In this document: piece by piece, positions 55,617 to 64,000 of the stretch
How the letters are laid out: every line of letters starts with the position of its first letter
Numbering within the stretch: the first letter of the stretch is position 1
Assembly: GCF_045807065.1 (NCBI RefSeq)
Contig: NZ_JBJMIE010000042.1
Coordinates: 2,724-66,723, forward strand
DNA: 64,000 bases
Direction: 5' to 3'
Source of the DNA: Actinophytocola sp.
Lineage (GTDB): Bacteria; Actinomycetota; Actinomycetes; Mycobacteriales; Pseudonocardiaceae
Program-made: the position numbers and the translations under genes
The notes under the pieces: generated by a model
Seen by the model: the letters and a program-made list of their open reading frames with translations, nothing else
Told to the model about the DNA's origin: nothing
Database searches by the model: none

Positions 55617-55952
55617 GTGATTGAGCCGGTTCTCATGTCGATCGCCGCCGCACTCGCCGGGAAGTCCGTGACATCGCTCTACGAGTTGGTGAAGCGCAGG
55701 TTCACCGGTCGCGGGGAGGCCGCGGCGGCGCTCGAGAAGGCGTCGGACGCGGCTCCCGGCTCGCCCGAGGTGGCGGCCTTGGCCGCACACCTCGCTGCCG
55801 CGGAAGTGGAGAACCCGGCCTTTGGCCTCGAGATGCGACACATCTGGCGGCAGGCAACCGCCGACCGCCGCGGTGTGGTCAACGTGATCACGGGAAACGT
55901 GTCCGGCAAGGTAGTTCAGGCGGGGGACATCGAGGGCGGGATCAGGTTCTAG
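55617..55952 (+). CDS. Small Bell/HeLo-like helical protein with C-terminal RHIM/BASS-like motif
   Basis: Hydrophobic N-terminal helix MIEPVLMSIAAALAGKSVTSLYELVKRRF, helical bundle, tail VVNVITGNVSGKVVQAGDIEGGIRF*; GAAGGG RBS before GTG. Confidence 0.78.
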   Translation: MIEPVLMSIAAALAGKSVTSLYELVKRRFTGRGEAAAALEKASDAAPGSPEVAALAAHLAAAEVENPAFGLEMRHIWRQATADRRGVVNVITGNVSGKVVQAGDIEGGIRF

Positions 55953-56159
55953 TCGTCCCGGCAGCTCCAGCCGCGCCCGCTCGAAGGGGCTTCGCCGAAC
56001 GCGTCGCACCACCGCGTGGCGTGAGCGTCCACATCGGACTACCCCTGCCGTGCTGCGGCAGTCCGAGCCGGCCGAACTGGTCGTAGCAATGCGCCGGTGT
56101 CGGTGAGCACGCCGATCCGGTCACCCTCGAGCTGGAACTTCACGACGCTGACGTCCTGG

Positions 56160-56543
56160 CGCATGGCGGCGGGCTCTACGCCTACATCCAGCCCGATGGC
56201 AGCTGGATGATCAACAACACCGGGTTCCTCGTCGGCGCGGGCGGTGTCGTCGCGATCGACTCGTGCTTGACGGAACGGCGGACCCGCGCCTTCCTCGACA
56301 GGGTCCGGACCGTCAGCGGTGGTTCCGTCCACACGCTGCTCAACACCCACAGCCATCCCGACCACACCGCCGGGAACGGCTGGTTCCCCGGTGCCACGAT
56401 CATCGCCCCAGGAACGCACCCGCGCCGACCTGCTCGCGGCGAGAGGCGCACCGCCACTGCGCGACATCTTCGAACCGATCGACGAGGGCGAACTGCCACC
56501 CGCCCCACCGTTCCTGACCTACACCGACGGCGTCACGCTGTAA
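56160..56543 (+). pseudogene. Truncated, frameshifted MBL-fold metallo-hydrolase (cyclase-like)
   Basis: YAYIQPDGSWMINNTGF...LLNTHSHPDHTAGN (HxHxDH), frameshift near 56408, stop after GVTL. Confidence 0.78.
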
Positions 56544-56760
56544 CATCACCACCGACCGAAACGCGAGCGTCTTTCGGATCAGTCCGCTGCCTCCGTACAG
56601 CGCGCACCTCGGGATTCTCGCGGTCCGGCCGCTGGTGTGCCGGCAGCCGCCGTTCGAGCGTCCCGCACGGCGGCCGCCGAGATCCATGTGGCAGGCCGGA
56701 GCGGGTCGCTCGCGCACGTGACACCTGTCCGGCACGGCTTGGGATCAGTGGTGTCAATCA

Positions 56761-56932
56761 ACCTGGATGACGTCGAACAACGGCTCGCCGCGTTCGAGCA
56801 ACGCTACGACGCGACCGCGAAACCGTTCCAGTGGAAGTTCACCCGCACCGAACTCCACGACCTACTCGACCGGATCAACCAGCACGAACAACAACACGAC
56901 ACCACCGACCTTCCAACCGCCGCGAGATCAAC
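56761..56932 (+). mobile_element. IS630-family transposase C-terminal remnant
   Basis: VEQRLAAFEQRYDATAKPFQWKFTRTELHDLLDRI resembles the IS630 C-terminal PF.W motif. Confidence 0.65.
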
Positions 56933-56957
56933 CCCCGAAGAACTTCCAATTCGACCA

Positions 56958-57180
56958 CTAAGCCAACCTGATTTTTGGCCTTCGCGCGGGTGATCCGTTG
57001 TCCCATGGTGGTCTCGGCCACCGCAGGTAGGCGCGGGCGATCTCAGACACGGTCAGATCGCCGACCATGCGCAGCGTCAGTGCCACGCGGGTCTCCAGCG
57101 CGGGGTGGCAGCAGGTGAAGATCAGCCGGAGGCGGTCGTCGTCGATGGCGTCGAGGGGTTCGGGCAGCTGGCCGAACAGG
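56958..57180 (-). pseudogene. Internal fragment of an ECF sigma factor (ECF42/DUF6596-type)
   Basis: IDDDRLRLIFTCCHPAL...VALTLR...EIARAYL / EATMGQRITRAKAKI, with a frameshift. Confidence 0.75.
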
Positions 57181-57262
57181 GGCCGCCGCCCGGCCGAACG
57201 GCGGGAGAATGGCAACTGTCAGCACTTTTTGGTTGCTGTGTACGGGTTTTAGGATTGATGTC

Positions 57263-59875
57263 GTGGGGGACAGATGGCCCCTGGTCGGCCGGTTGTCGGA
57301 GTTACAGGCTATCGACGCGGTCGTTCGCCAGGCCGGCGGTGGGCGTGGTGTGGTGCTGGCAGGCGCCGCGGGGGTGGGGAAGACGCGGCTCGCCCGCGCG
57401 GCGTTGGCCAATGCACGGCGCGATGGGGTGCTCACCCGCTGGGTGGCGGGCTCGGAGTCGGCGCGCACGGTGCCGTTGGGGGCGTTCGCCTCGGTGTTGC
57501 CGTCCGTGGGGTCTGATCCGTTCCGCGCCCTGGGGCAGGCGAGCGGCGCGCTGCTCGCCGGTGCCGGTCAGCAGGGGGCGCTCGTGGTGGTGGACGACGC
57601 GCACCTGTTGGACGAGCTGTCGGCGACGCTGGTGCACCAGCTGGCGGTCGGCGCGGCGGCGACGGTCGTGCTGACCGTGCGTACGGGGGAGCCGGCGCCG
57701 GATGCGGTGACGGCGGTGTGGAAGGACGCCTACCTGGACCGGCTCGAGGTCGCGCCGCTGACCCGGGCCGAGACCGGGATGTTCCTGGAGGCCGTGTTGG
57801 GCGGGCCGGTCGAGATGGTCGCCGCGACGCGGATGTGGCGGCTGTCCCGAGGCAACGCGTTGTACCTGCGGGAACTCGTGGTGGGCGAGCGGGACGCCGG
57901 GCGGCTTACCGACCTCGGTGGCGTGTGGCGCTGGTCCGGTCAGCCCGCGCTGTCACCGAAGCTCGTGGAACTCGTGGAGTCCCGCATGGGCACCGTGCTC
58001 GACCCGGCTCGGGAAGTGGTTGACCTGCTCGCCTTTGCCGGCCCACTCGGCGTGGACGTCCTTGGCCGCCTGGTGGACAACTCCGCGCTGGAGTCGGCGG
58101 AGACGGCCGGCCTGGTGGAGGTGGAGGCCGACGGCCAGCGCTTGACGACGGGGCTCGCGCACCCGCTGTACGGGGAGGTTCGGCGGGCCGCGACCGGGGT
58201 GTTGCGGGCCCGCGGTCTGCGCGGCCGGATCGCCACGGCCCTGCTGGACACCGGCGCCCGCCGTGCCGACGACGAGCTGCGCTGTGCGGCGCTGATGCTC
58301 GACTCCGACCTCACCCTCGACCCGGATCTCCTCTCACGTGCGGCGGGCCGGTCGGCGCAGCTGCTGGACCTGCCGCTCGCGGTGCGGCTCGCACTGGCCG
58401 CGGTGGCGGCCGGCGCCGGGTTCGCCGCGCGGGCGATCGTCGCGCAGTCGCTGACCATGCAGGGGTGGGGTGCCGAGGCGGAGGCCGAGCTGCGGGTCCT
58501 CGCGGAGTTGGCTGATACCGATGTCGAGCGGGCGTGGGTGGCCGCGATGCGGGCCGGCAACATGTTCCTGACGCTGAACGACCCGGCTACCGGTGACCGG
58601 CTGCTGACCGAGGCGCTCACCGCGATCCCGAACGTCGGCGCCAGGGAGATCCTGTGGGCGCTGCGCTCGGTGTTCGACAGTCACCTGGCCCGACCCGCCG
58701 ACGCACGGCGGGCCGCCACCGTCGTGCTCGACGCGCCGTGCCCACAGCCCATCTCGGAGTTCGCGGCCCGCTGGGGGTTGACCGGCGCGCTCGGCCTCAC
58801 CGGCCACGCCGACGAGGTCGAGGCGGTGGCATCCCGCGCCTACCTGCTGGCGAACACCTTCGACACCGCGGTGTTGCGGTTCAACCTGGCCGAGTTCGAA
58901 CTCCTGGCCTACCGGCTCGCCGGGTATCTCGCGCAGGCCGACGCGGTCGCGGCCCGTTGCCGCGACGAGGCCGCCGAGATGCCCGGTGTTCCGCTGCTGT
59001 TCGCCGCCGCGCTGACTGGGCACGCCGAGCTCGCCAGGGGCCACCTGCGGGACGCCGTGCGCTGGCTGCGGGAGGCCCTGGCCGGGTTCACCGTCGTCGA
59101 TCCGGCCGGACGGGTGTTCGACTGCCTGCTCTGGCTGACCCAGGCGCTGGCGACGGCCGGTGACACCGACGCCGCGCGGCGGGCGTTGGCCGACATGGAG
59201 GCCAACCGGCATCACGGGTTCGTGTACCGGGAGCCCGAGGTGTTGCTGGCCAGGGCCACCGTGGCCGCGGCGCAGGGCGCGCTGAGCAAGGCCGTCGCCC
59301 TGGCCAGGGAGGCGGCCGGGACCGCGAGGGCGGCGGGACTCGCGGCCTACGAGGTGCAGGCGCTGCAGACCGCGGTGCGCTTCGGCGATCACGGCACGGC
59401 CGCGCGGCTGGCCGAGCTGGCCGTTCTCGTCGACGGCCCCCGGGCGCGTACCGCCGCCGCGCACGCGGCCGCCCTCGCCGAGCGCGACGGGCTCGCGCTG
59501 CACGCGGTGTCGCTGGAGTGGGAGCGCATGGGTGACCTGATCGCTGCCGCCGACGCCGCTGCCCAGGCCGCTGCCGCGCACGACCGCTGGAATCACGCCG
59601 CCCGACCGAGGACCGACGCCGGGCGGGCGCACCGGCTGGCCGAGGCGTGCCAGGGTGCCAGGACACCCGCGATCCGCGCCGCCGCACGCCCTCTGCCGAT
59701 CACCGCGCGAGAGCGGGAGATCGTCGGCCTCGCCGGTGGTGGTCTGTCCAACCGGGACATCGCGGAACGGCTCGGGGTCTCCGTGCGCACGGTGGAGGGC
59801 CACCTCTACCGTGCCGCTGCCAAGCTCGGCGTCACCCGCCGGGCCGACTTCGCCGAGCTGCTGGGCAACGTCTGA
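57263..59875 (+). CDS. LuxR-family AAA ATPase regulator (MalT/LAL-like)
   Basis: WPLVGR, Walker A GAAGVGKT, VVDDAHLLD, GNALYLREL, C-terminal ITARERE...SNRDIAERLGVSVRTVEGHLYR. Start uncertain. Confidence 0.92.
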   Translation: MGDRWPLVGRLSELQAIDAVVRQAGGGRGVVLAGAAGVGKTRLARAALANARRDGVLTRWVAGSESARTVPLGAFASVLPSVGSDPFRALGQASGALLAGAGQQGALVVVDDAHLLDELSATLVHQLAVGAAATVVLTVRTGEPAPDAVTAVWKDAYLDRLEVAPLTRAETGMFLEAVLGGPVEMVAATRMWRLSRGNALYLRELVVGERDAGRLTDLGGVWRWSGQPALSPKLVELVESRMGTVLDPAREVVDLLAFAGPLGVDVLGRLVDNSALESAETAGLVEVEADGQRLTTGLAHPLYGEVRRAATGVLRARGLRGRIATALLDTGARRADDELRCAALMLDSDLTLDPDLLSRAAGRSAQLLDLPLAVRLALAAVAAGAGFAARAIVAQSLTMQGWGAEAEAELRVLAELADTDVERAWVAAMRAGNMFLTLNDPATGDRLLTEALTAIPNVGAREILWALRSVFDSHLARPADARRAATVVLDAPCPQPISEFAARWGLTGALGLTGHADEVEAVASRAYLLANTFDTAVLRFNLAEFELLAYRLAGYLAQADAVAARCRDEAAEMPGVPLLFAAALTGHAELARGHLRDAVRWLREALAGFTVVDPAGRVFDCLLWLTQALATAGDTDAARRALADMEANRHHGFVYREPEVLLARATVAAAQGALSKAVALAREAAGTARAAGLAAYEVQALQTAVRFGDHGTAARLAELAVLVDGPRARTAAAHAAALAERDGLALHAVSLEWERMGDLIAAADAAAQAAAAHDRWNHAARPRTDAGRAHRLAEACQGARTPAIRAAARPLPITAREREIVGLAGGGLSNRDIAERLGVSVRTVEGHLYRAAAKLGVTRRADFAELLGNV

Positions 59876-59880
59876 GGCGG

Positions 59881-62800
59881 TCAGATCGTGGTGAGGATGT
59901 TGCCGGTCGTCCAGCGGGTCTTCACCCAGGCGGTGACGGGGCCCCAGGGTTGGCTCGCGCCGGTCGCGAGGCCGACGGTGATGTCGCCGTTGGCGGCGAC
60001 CGCGCCGATGTCGTCACGGCCGTCCCCGTCGACGTCGGCCACGATGATCCGTTCGGCCGTCGTGCCGTTGATCAGGTCGGTGTCGCCGCGAACGAACGAC
60101 GTGTAGAGCCGGAAGTCCGCGGACAGGTCGCCGGTGGACAGGGACACCTGGATCGGGCCGGAGCTGAGCACCGCGGCGATGTCGTCCCGGCCGTCGCCGT
60201 TGACGTCGGCGACCAGGATTCTCGGCACGTTGGCCTGCGTCCACGCGGTCTGCACGACGGCCGTGGCGGGTCCGAGGACCTGGGCGTCGGTCATGGATCC
60301 CGACGCCAGCCACATGCGGACGTCACCGGTGCTGTAGTTGGCGCCGATGTCGTCGCGCCCGTCGCCGTTGACGTCGGCGACCAGGATCCTCGGGACGTTG
60401 GCGAGAGTCCATCCGGTGCCGGCGCTGACCGAGCTCGGGACAAGCCGGAAGTCGCCGGACAGGTCGCCGGTGGAGGGCCAGAACCGCAGCTCGCCGCTGG
60501 CCAGCACGGTGCCGATGTCGTCGCGCCGGTCGCCGTTGACGTCGGCGATCACGATCCGGGGCATGGCGGTGGCGGTCCACCCTGTCGCGACCAGCACGCC
60601 GGGCCCGCGCGCCCGGAAGTCGCCGGACAGGTCGCCGGTCGACGGCCAGAACCGCACGTCGCCGTTGCGGTAGACGGCACCGAAGTCGTCCTTGCCGTCG
60701 CCGTCGACGTCGGCCGTCAGGATCCGGCTGACCACCGCCGAGAGCCAGCCGGTGTCGACCAGTGCCGGCGGACCGTAGAGCCGGAAGTCGCCGGTGACGT
60801 CCCCGGTGCTGGGCCAGATCCGGACGTCGCCGGTCGGCGACACCGCTCCGATGTCGTCGCGGCCGTCGCCGGTGCGGTCGCCGGCCCTGACCACGGTGGG
60901 CTGGTCGGACACCGCGCCGCCGGTGATCTCCCGCGCCGTGGCCTGGGCGACGGCTCTGGTGCCGGTGGGTGCCGCCGGGACCGGCGCCGAGGGGCCGCCG
61001 GACACCGGCCCGTCCAGGGTCAGCGTGACGTCGTCGAGCACGAACGAGGTCTGCTGGATGGCGTCCTCGGTCCCGGTGAACAGGATCGACGCGCCGGACG
61101 GTGCGGAGACCTTCACCGTGCGGCGCACGTACCCCGGTGCGTGGTCCAGGTTGGAGTAGGTCGCGAGCACGGTGCCGTTGGCGGTGACGGTCAGCCGGTC
61201 GAACGGGGTGACCGTGGTGGTCTCGGCGGTGTCGACGTGCAGGGCGAAGCTCAGCGTCGCCCTGCAGCCGGGCGGGACGACCGCCGCCGGCTGCAGCGTG
61301 TCGGTGTGGGGTTGCCCGTAGCCGTCGAGCCACGCGGTCCGGGTTCCGCCGGCCGGTGGTTGGTCCCGTTGCGGGATGATCACTCCTCGGGTGGCGGTCC
61401 AACCGGTGGCGCCGTCCTCGAAGCCGGGGTTGGGCAGTATCTGCCCGGCGCAGTCGCTGATCGACCAGGTGAAGGTCACCGAGCGGCGCTGGGGCAGCGG
61501 GGAGCTGCTGGTGACCGTCACGGTCACCGTGAACGTGCCCGCCGCGGTGGGGGTCCCCAAGATCAGACCGGTGGCGGCGTTGATGGTCAGTCCTGGCGGC
61601 AGGCCGGTGGCGGTCCAGGTGTAGGGGGCGGTGCCGCCGGCGGCGGTGACTGGCGCGCTGGTCGCCACGCCGGTGACCCCGGTGCGGTTGCCAGGACTGG
61701 TGACGGTGAGCCCAGTGGCCGGTGAGCACGTCTCGGCGGCCTGTTGCGGCACGCGTTCCGCGTTCCATGCCGCTTGCACGACGAAGAACGGCGTGCAGTC
61801 GGTCGGGCTGAGGTACTTGGCGACCAGCAGCGTCCACGTGCGGTAGGAGGAGTAGGTGGCCGCGGAGTTCTTCATCAGCATGGCGCCGTAGAGGATCGCG
61901 AGGGCGAGTTGCACCGGGATGGCGGGTGCCTGGGTCACCGAACAGCTCGCCGGCGACACCGGCGGCGGCACGAACGTGGAAGCGACGAGCATGGCGAACC
62001 ACCGGTCGCCAGGACCGGAGGCCTGATGTGGGGTCGCGTTCTCGATTCCCGGCAGGTAGCAGTCGAGGGCGCCGAACCGTGACGGCTGGGCCAGGTAGCG
62101 GACCGGCGGACCCGGTCGTTCGCCAATGGTGAAGAGCTGATCGAGAGGGGTGCTCCGCTGGATGAAGTAGTCGGTCGCCACGCCGAACGCGTCCGCGATG
62201 AACTCCTGGAGGCCGCTGGAGTACCCGAAATGCGGGGTCGGGGTGTTGCCGTCGACGCTGTGCCCGAGTTCGTGGCTGACGATGTCCGGGGCGCTGTTCC
62301 AGAGGCCGTTCGAACGGCCGACGACGACCCGGTCCCCGTCGAACCACGAGTCCGGCAGGGTGGGGTCGAGGCGGATCGGCCAGCCGCCTCCGGAACCGTC
62401 AAACCCGTTGCGCGACAACCACGTCGAGAGTAGCCGCCGCTGGGACTGGGCGGCGAACAGTGCGTCGACGCAGGCGGTTGTCGGGTCGGTTTTGTTGTTG
62501 TTGCCGAAGACGTCGGTCACCTGCGCGGTCGGCGTGGCGCCGACCTGGCAGTCGAGGCCGGGCACGTTCGGATCGGCCAGTGTGTACCCGGCCGCGGTGT
62601 GCGTGGTGGCGAGCGGCACCGTGCCGCTCCATGCGCTGAGCCCGGTCCCGTGCGCCACGAGGTCTCTGACCTCGATGGCCTGGCCGGTCATGGCGTCCAC
62701 GAACACAGTCGGCCGGGACGGATAGTTGGGTGCGACCGAGCTGCGGCCCGTGACGGTGGTGCGCCAGGCGAGCCGGGGCGCGCCGCGTGCGAAGACCACG

Positions 62801-63249
62801 AGTTCCGGCGGGTCCACCGCGCTCACGGCGATCGTCCGGGACGCGCTCACGGCGATGCCCGCCACGGAGTCCGGCGGCACCGTGGGGTCCGTGGCGGCCA
62901 GGTTCACCGCGGTGCCGAGGGCGCTGGACTGGGCCACCACCGTCCCTGTCAGGTCGGTGACCACCACGAAGTCGCCCCCGACCACCGCAAGCCCGCGGTA
63001 GGTCCGGTCGTAGGGCACGAACTGCAGACCTCCGAGGTAGGAGATCACGGGATGCTGGACGTACGCGTCGTCCGCGCTCACGTGCAGCCACTCGGGCCGG
63101 GAGGCGACGAGGTCGGCGGCCGCACGCGCGGCCAGGGTCGGTGAGTCGGCCGGCGGCTCGGGATCCGCAGTGACGGGGGACGGGGCGATCACCGAGGCCG
63201 CGATCAGCGCGACGATCGCGGGCAGCGCGGCGATCCTGCGAGTACGCAT
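59881..63249 (-). CDS. Secreted M4 (thermolysin-like) metallopeptidase with propeptide, Ig-like, beta-sandwich and FG-GAP repeat domains
   Basis: Signal peptide; YDRTYRGLAVVGGD (FTP); DIVSHELGH zinc motif plus GLQEFIAD; TGLPPGLTIN Ig domain; about six ADV[ND]GDGRDDIG repeats. Confidence 0.88.
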   Translation of the reverse strand: MRTRRIAALPAIVALIAASVIAPSPVTADPEPPADSPTLAARAAADLVASRPEWLHVSADDAYVQHPVISYLGGLQFVPYDRTYRGLAVVGGDFVVVTDLTGTVVAQSSALGTAVNLAATDPTVPPDSVAGIAVSASRTIAVSAVDPPELVVFARGAPRLAWRTTVTGRSSVAPNYPSRPTVFVDAMTGQAIEVRDLVAHGTGLSAWSGTVPLATTHTAAGYTLADPNVPGLDCQVGATPTAQVTDVFGNNNKTDPTTACVDALFAAQSQRRLLSTWLSRNGFDGSGGGWPIRLDPTLPDSWFDGDRVVVGRSNGLWNSAPDIVSHELGHSVDGNTPTPHFGYSSGLQEFIADAFGVATDYFIQRSTPLDQLFTIGERPGPPVRYLAQPSRFGALDCYLPGIENATPHQASGPGDRWFAMLVASTFVPPPVSPASCSVTQAPAIPVQLALAILYGAMLMKNSAATYSSYRTWTLLVAKYLSPTDCTPFFVVQAAWNAERVPQQAAETCSPATGLTVTSPGNRTGVTGVATSAPVTAAGGTAPYTWTATGLPPGLTINAATGLILGTPTAAGTFTVTVTVTSSSPLPQRRSVTFTWSISDCAGQILPNPGFEDGATGWTATRGVIIPQRDQPPAGGTRTAWLDGYGQPHTDTLQPAAVVPPGCRATLSFALHVDTAETTTVTPFDRLTVTANGTVLATYSNLDHAPGYVRRTVKVSAPSGASILFTGTEDAIQQTSFVLDDVTLTLDGPVSGGPSAPVPAAPTGTRAVAQATAREITGGAVSDQPTVVRAGDRTGDGRDDIGAVSPTGDVRIWPSTGDVTGDFRLYGPPALVDTGWLSAVVSRILTADVDGDGKDDFGAVYRNGDVRFWPSTGDLSGDFRARGPGVLVATGWTATAMPRIVIADVNGDRRDDIGTVLASGELRFWPSTGDLSGDFRLVPSSVSAGTGWTLANVPRILVADVNGDGRDDIGANYSTGDVRMWLASGSMTDAQVLGPATAVVQTAWTQANVPRILVADVNGDGRDDIAAVLSSGPIQVSLSTGDLSADFRLYTSFVRGDTDLINGTTAERIIVADVDGDGRDDIGAVAANGDITVGLATGASQPWGPVTAWVKTRWTTGNILTTI

Positions 63250-63297
63250 GGGCGCTCCTGTGACGAGTTCACCAAGGGGACCAAGTTCGCGATCGGG

Positions 63298-63786
63298 TCA
63301 GCACCGCGCGAGGGAAGTACCGGACCGGCTCCACACGCCGGGCCGCACCTGCTGCTCGTCGATCCAGTACCGGAAGTTGGCGGAGGAGAGGCCCCAGACG
63401 CTTCTCCGCTCGCCGATCAGTCGGTGCCGGGCGATGAACGCCCCCACGACATCCGTGTAGGTCCCGATGCTGGTCGGGGTCGTGCAGGCGGGCTGCCCGG
63501 CCAGCGCCGCCGGCGTCAGGGTGGTCACCGGCCGGCTGACGTCGAGGACGCTGCACGAGACGGTGTCGGCGGAGCTGAACCGGAACTGCCCGAGGACGAG
63601 GTCCTCATGCAGCCAGTACATGCGCGACGTCGGCGGCGTTCCCTCCGTGGCGACCCGCCAGTGGGTCGTGTACGGCGGCACGGTCGTGCTGAAGTCGCCG
63701 GTGGTGCACCGCCAGTCCAGCGGGTCCGCGTCCGCGGTAGTGGGCGCCGCCATGAGCAGGAGGATGGCTATGAGCATGTATTTCAC
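63298..63786 (-). CDS. Small secreted hypothetical protein
   Basis: AAGGA RBS, GTG start, signal peptide ending TADA, four Cys. Confidence 0.65.
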   Translation of the reverse strand: MKYMLIAILLLMAAPTTADADPLDWRCTTGDFSTTVPPYTTHWRVATEGTPPTSRMYWLHEDLVLGQFRFSSADTVSCSVLDVSRPVTTLTPAALAGQPACTTPTSIGTYTDVVGAFIARHRLIGERRSVWGLSSANFRYWIDEQQVRPGVWSRSGTSLARC

Positions 63787-63919
63787 TGGAACCCGTTCCT
63801 TCTGTTCTGTCCCTGTTCCGCAAACCGGCGCGATGGCGTGACATCGACGGCCCTGCTCCGTCGCCATGGTGTGAAGCACTACCCCGCCTAGACTCTGGAA
63901 CCCACGCGGCGCCGCGTCA

Positions 63920-63937
63920 CGAGTAGTCGACTACTCG
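63920..63937. promoter_or_regulatory. Perfect 18-bp palindrome CGAGTAGTCGACTACTCG
   Basis: Lies about 130 bp upstream of the minus-strand secreted-protein gene. Confidence 0.45.
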
Positions 63938-64000
63938 AAACGTTCCCAAAATGTGCGCACCGTGGCTCCCTCCCGCTCCGGCCAGCAACGCCGCCGCGCC

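Noticed and set aside
59881-60900. Regular ~165-bp DNA repeats that might be a CRISPR array
   Set aside because: The units are degenerate, in frame, and encode FG-GAP repeats; there are no identical repeats with unique spacers and no cas genes.
1-64000. tRNA/rRNA genes, prophage, intact integrase or att sites
   Set aside because: No tRNA arm motifs, rRNA, phage structural genes or intact recombinase were recognised by eye; tRNAscan-SE and geNomad were not run.

Overview
High-GC actinomycete DNA, probably Pseudonocardiaceae-like (inferred from the gene families), from an accessory region. No rRNA, tRNA or CRISPR array was recognised. Intact modules: a peptide-type ABC transporter with a VOC gene (1-5.5 kb), TetR/cupin and TetR/hydrolase pairs, a Tat-exported phospholipase C, a GH4 glycosidase/DeoR/sugar-ABC locus, a very large secreted SGNH-like protein facing a two-component pair, a more A/T-rich block at about 38.9-49.4 kb (extra MurJ-like flippase, two HTH-NBR1/Ig-like paralogues, an AfsR-type regulator, orphan VirB6-/VirB2-like genes), a LuxR ATPase and an M4 peptidase with FG-GAP repeats. 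Several belts of multiply deleted gene scraps and IS remnants lie between them (5.6-6.0, 32.4-38.9, 51.1-51.5, 56.0-57.2 kb). The best candidate for an undescribed system is at 51.5-56.0 kb: a divergent NrtR (Nudix-wHTH) regulator with two 21-bp palindromic operators sits upstream of a three-gene cluster encoding a PNP/MTA-nucleosidase effector, a membrane protein with no NTPase domain, and a small Bell/HeLo-like protein. All three carry the same ~25-residue RHIM/BASS-like motif (N-x-x-T-G-N...Q-[IA]-G-x-[VI]-x-G-x-x-x-F), C-terminal on the two effectors and N-terminal on the membrane protein. This suggests an amyloid-signalling defence/cell-death module with a non-NLR receptor, possibly induced by ADP-ribose. 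All family assignments come from motif recognition without database searches.
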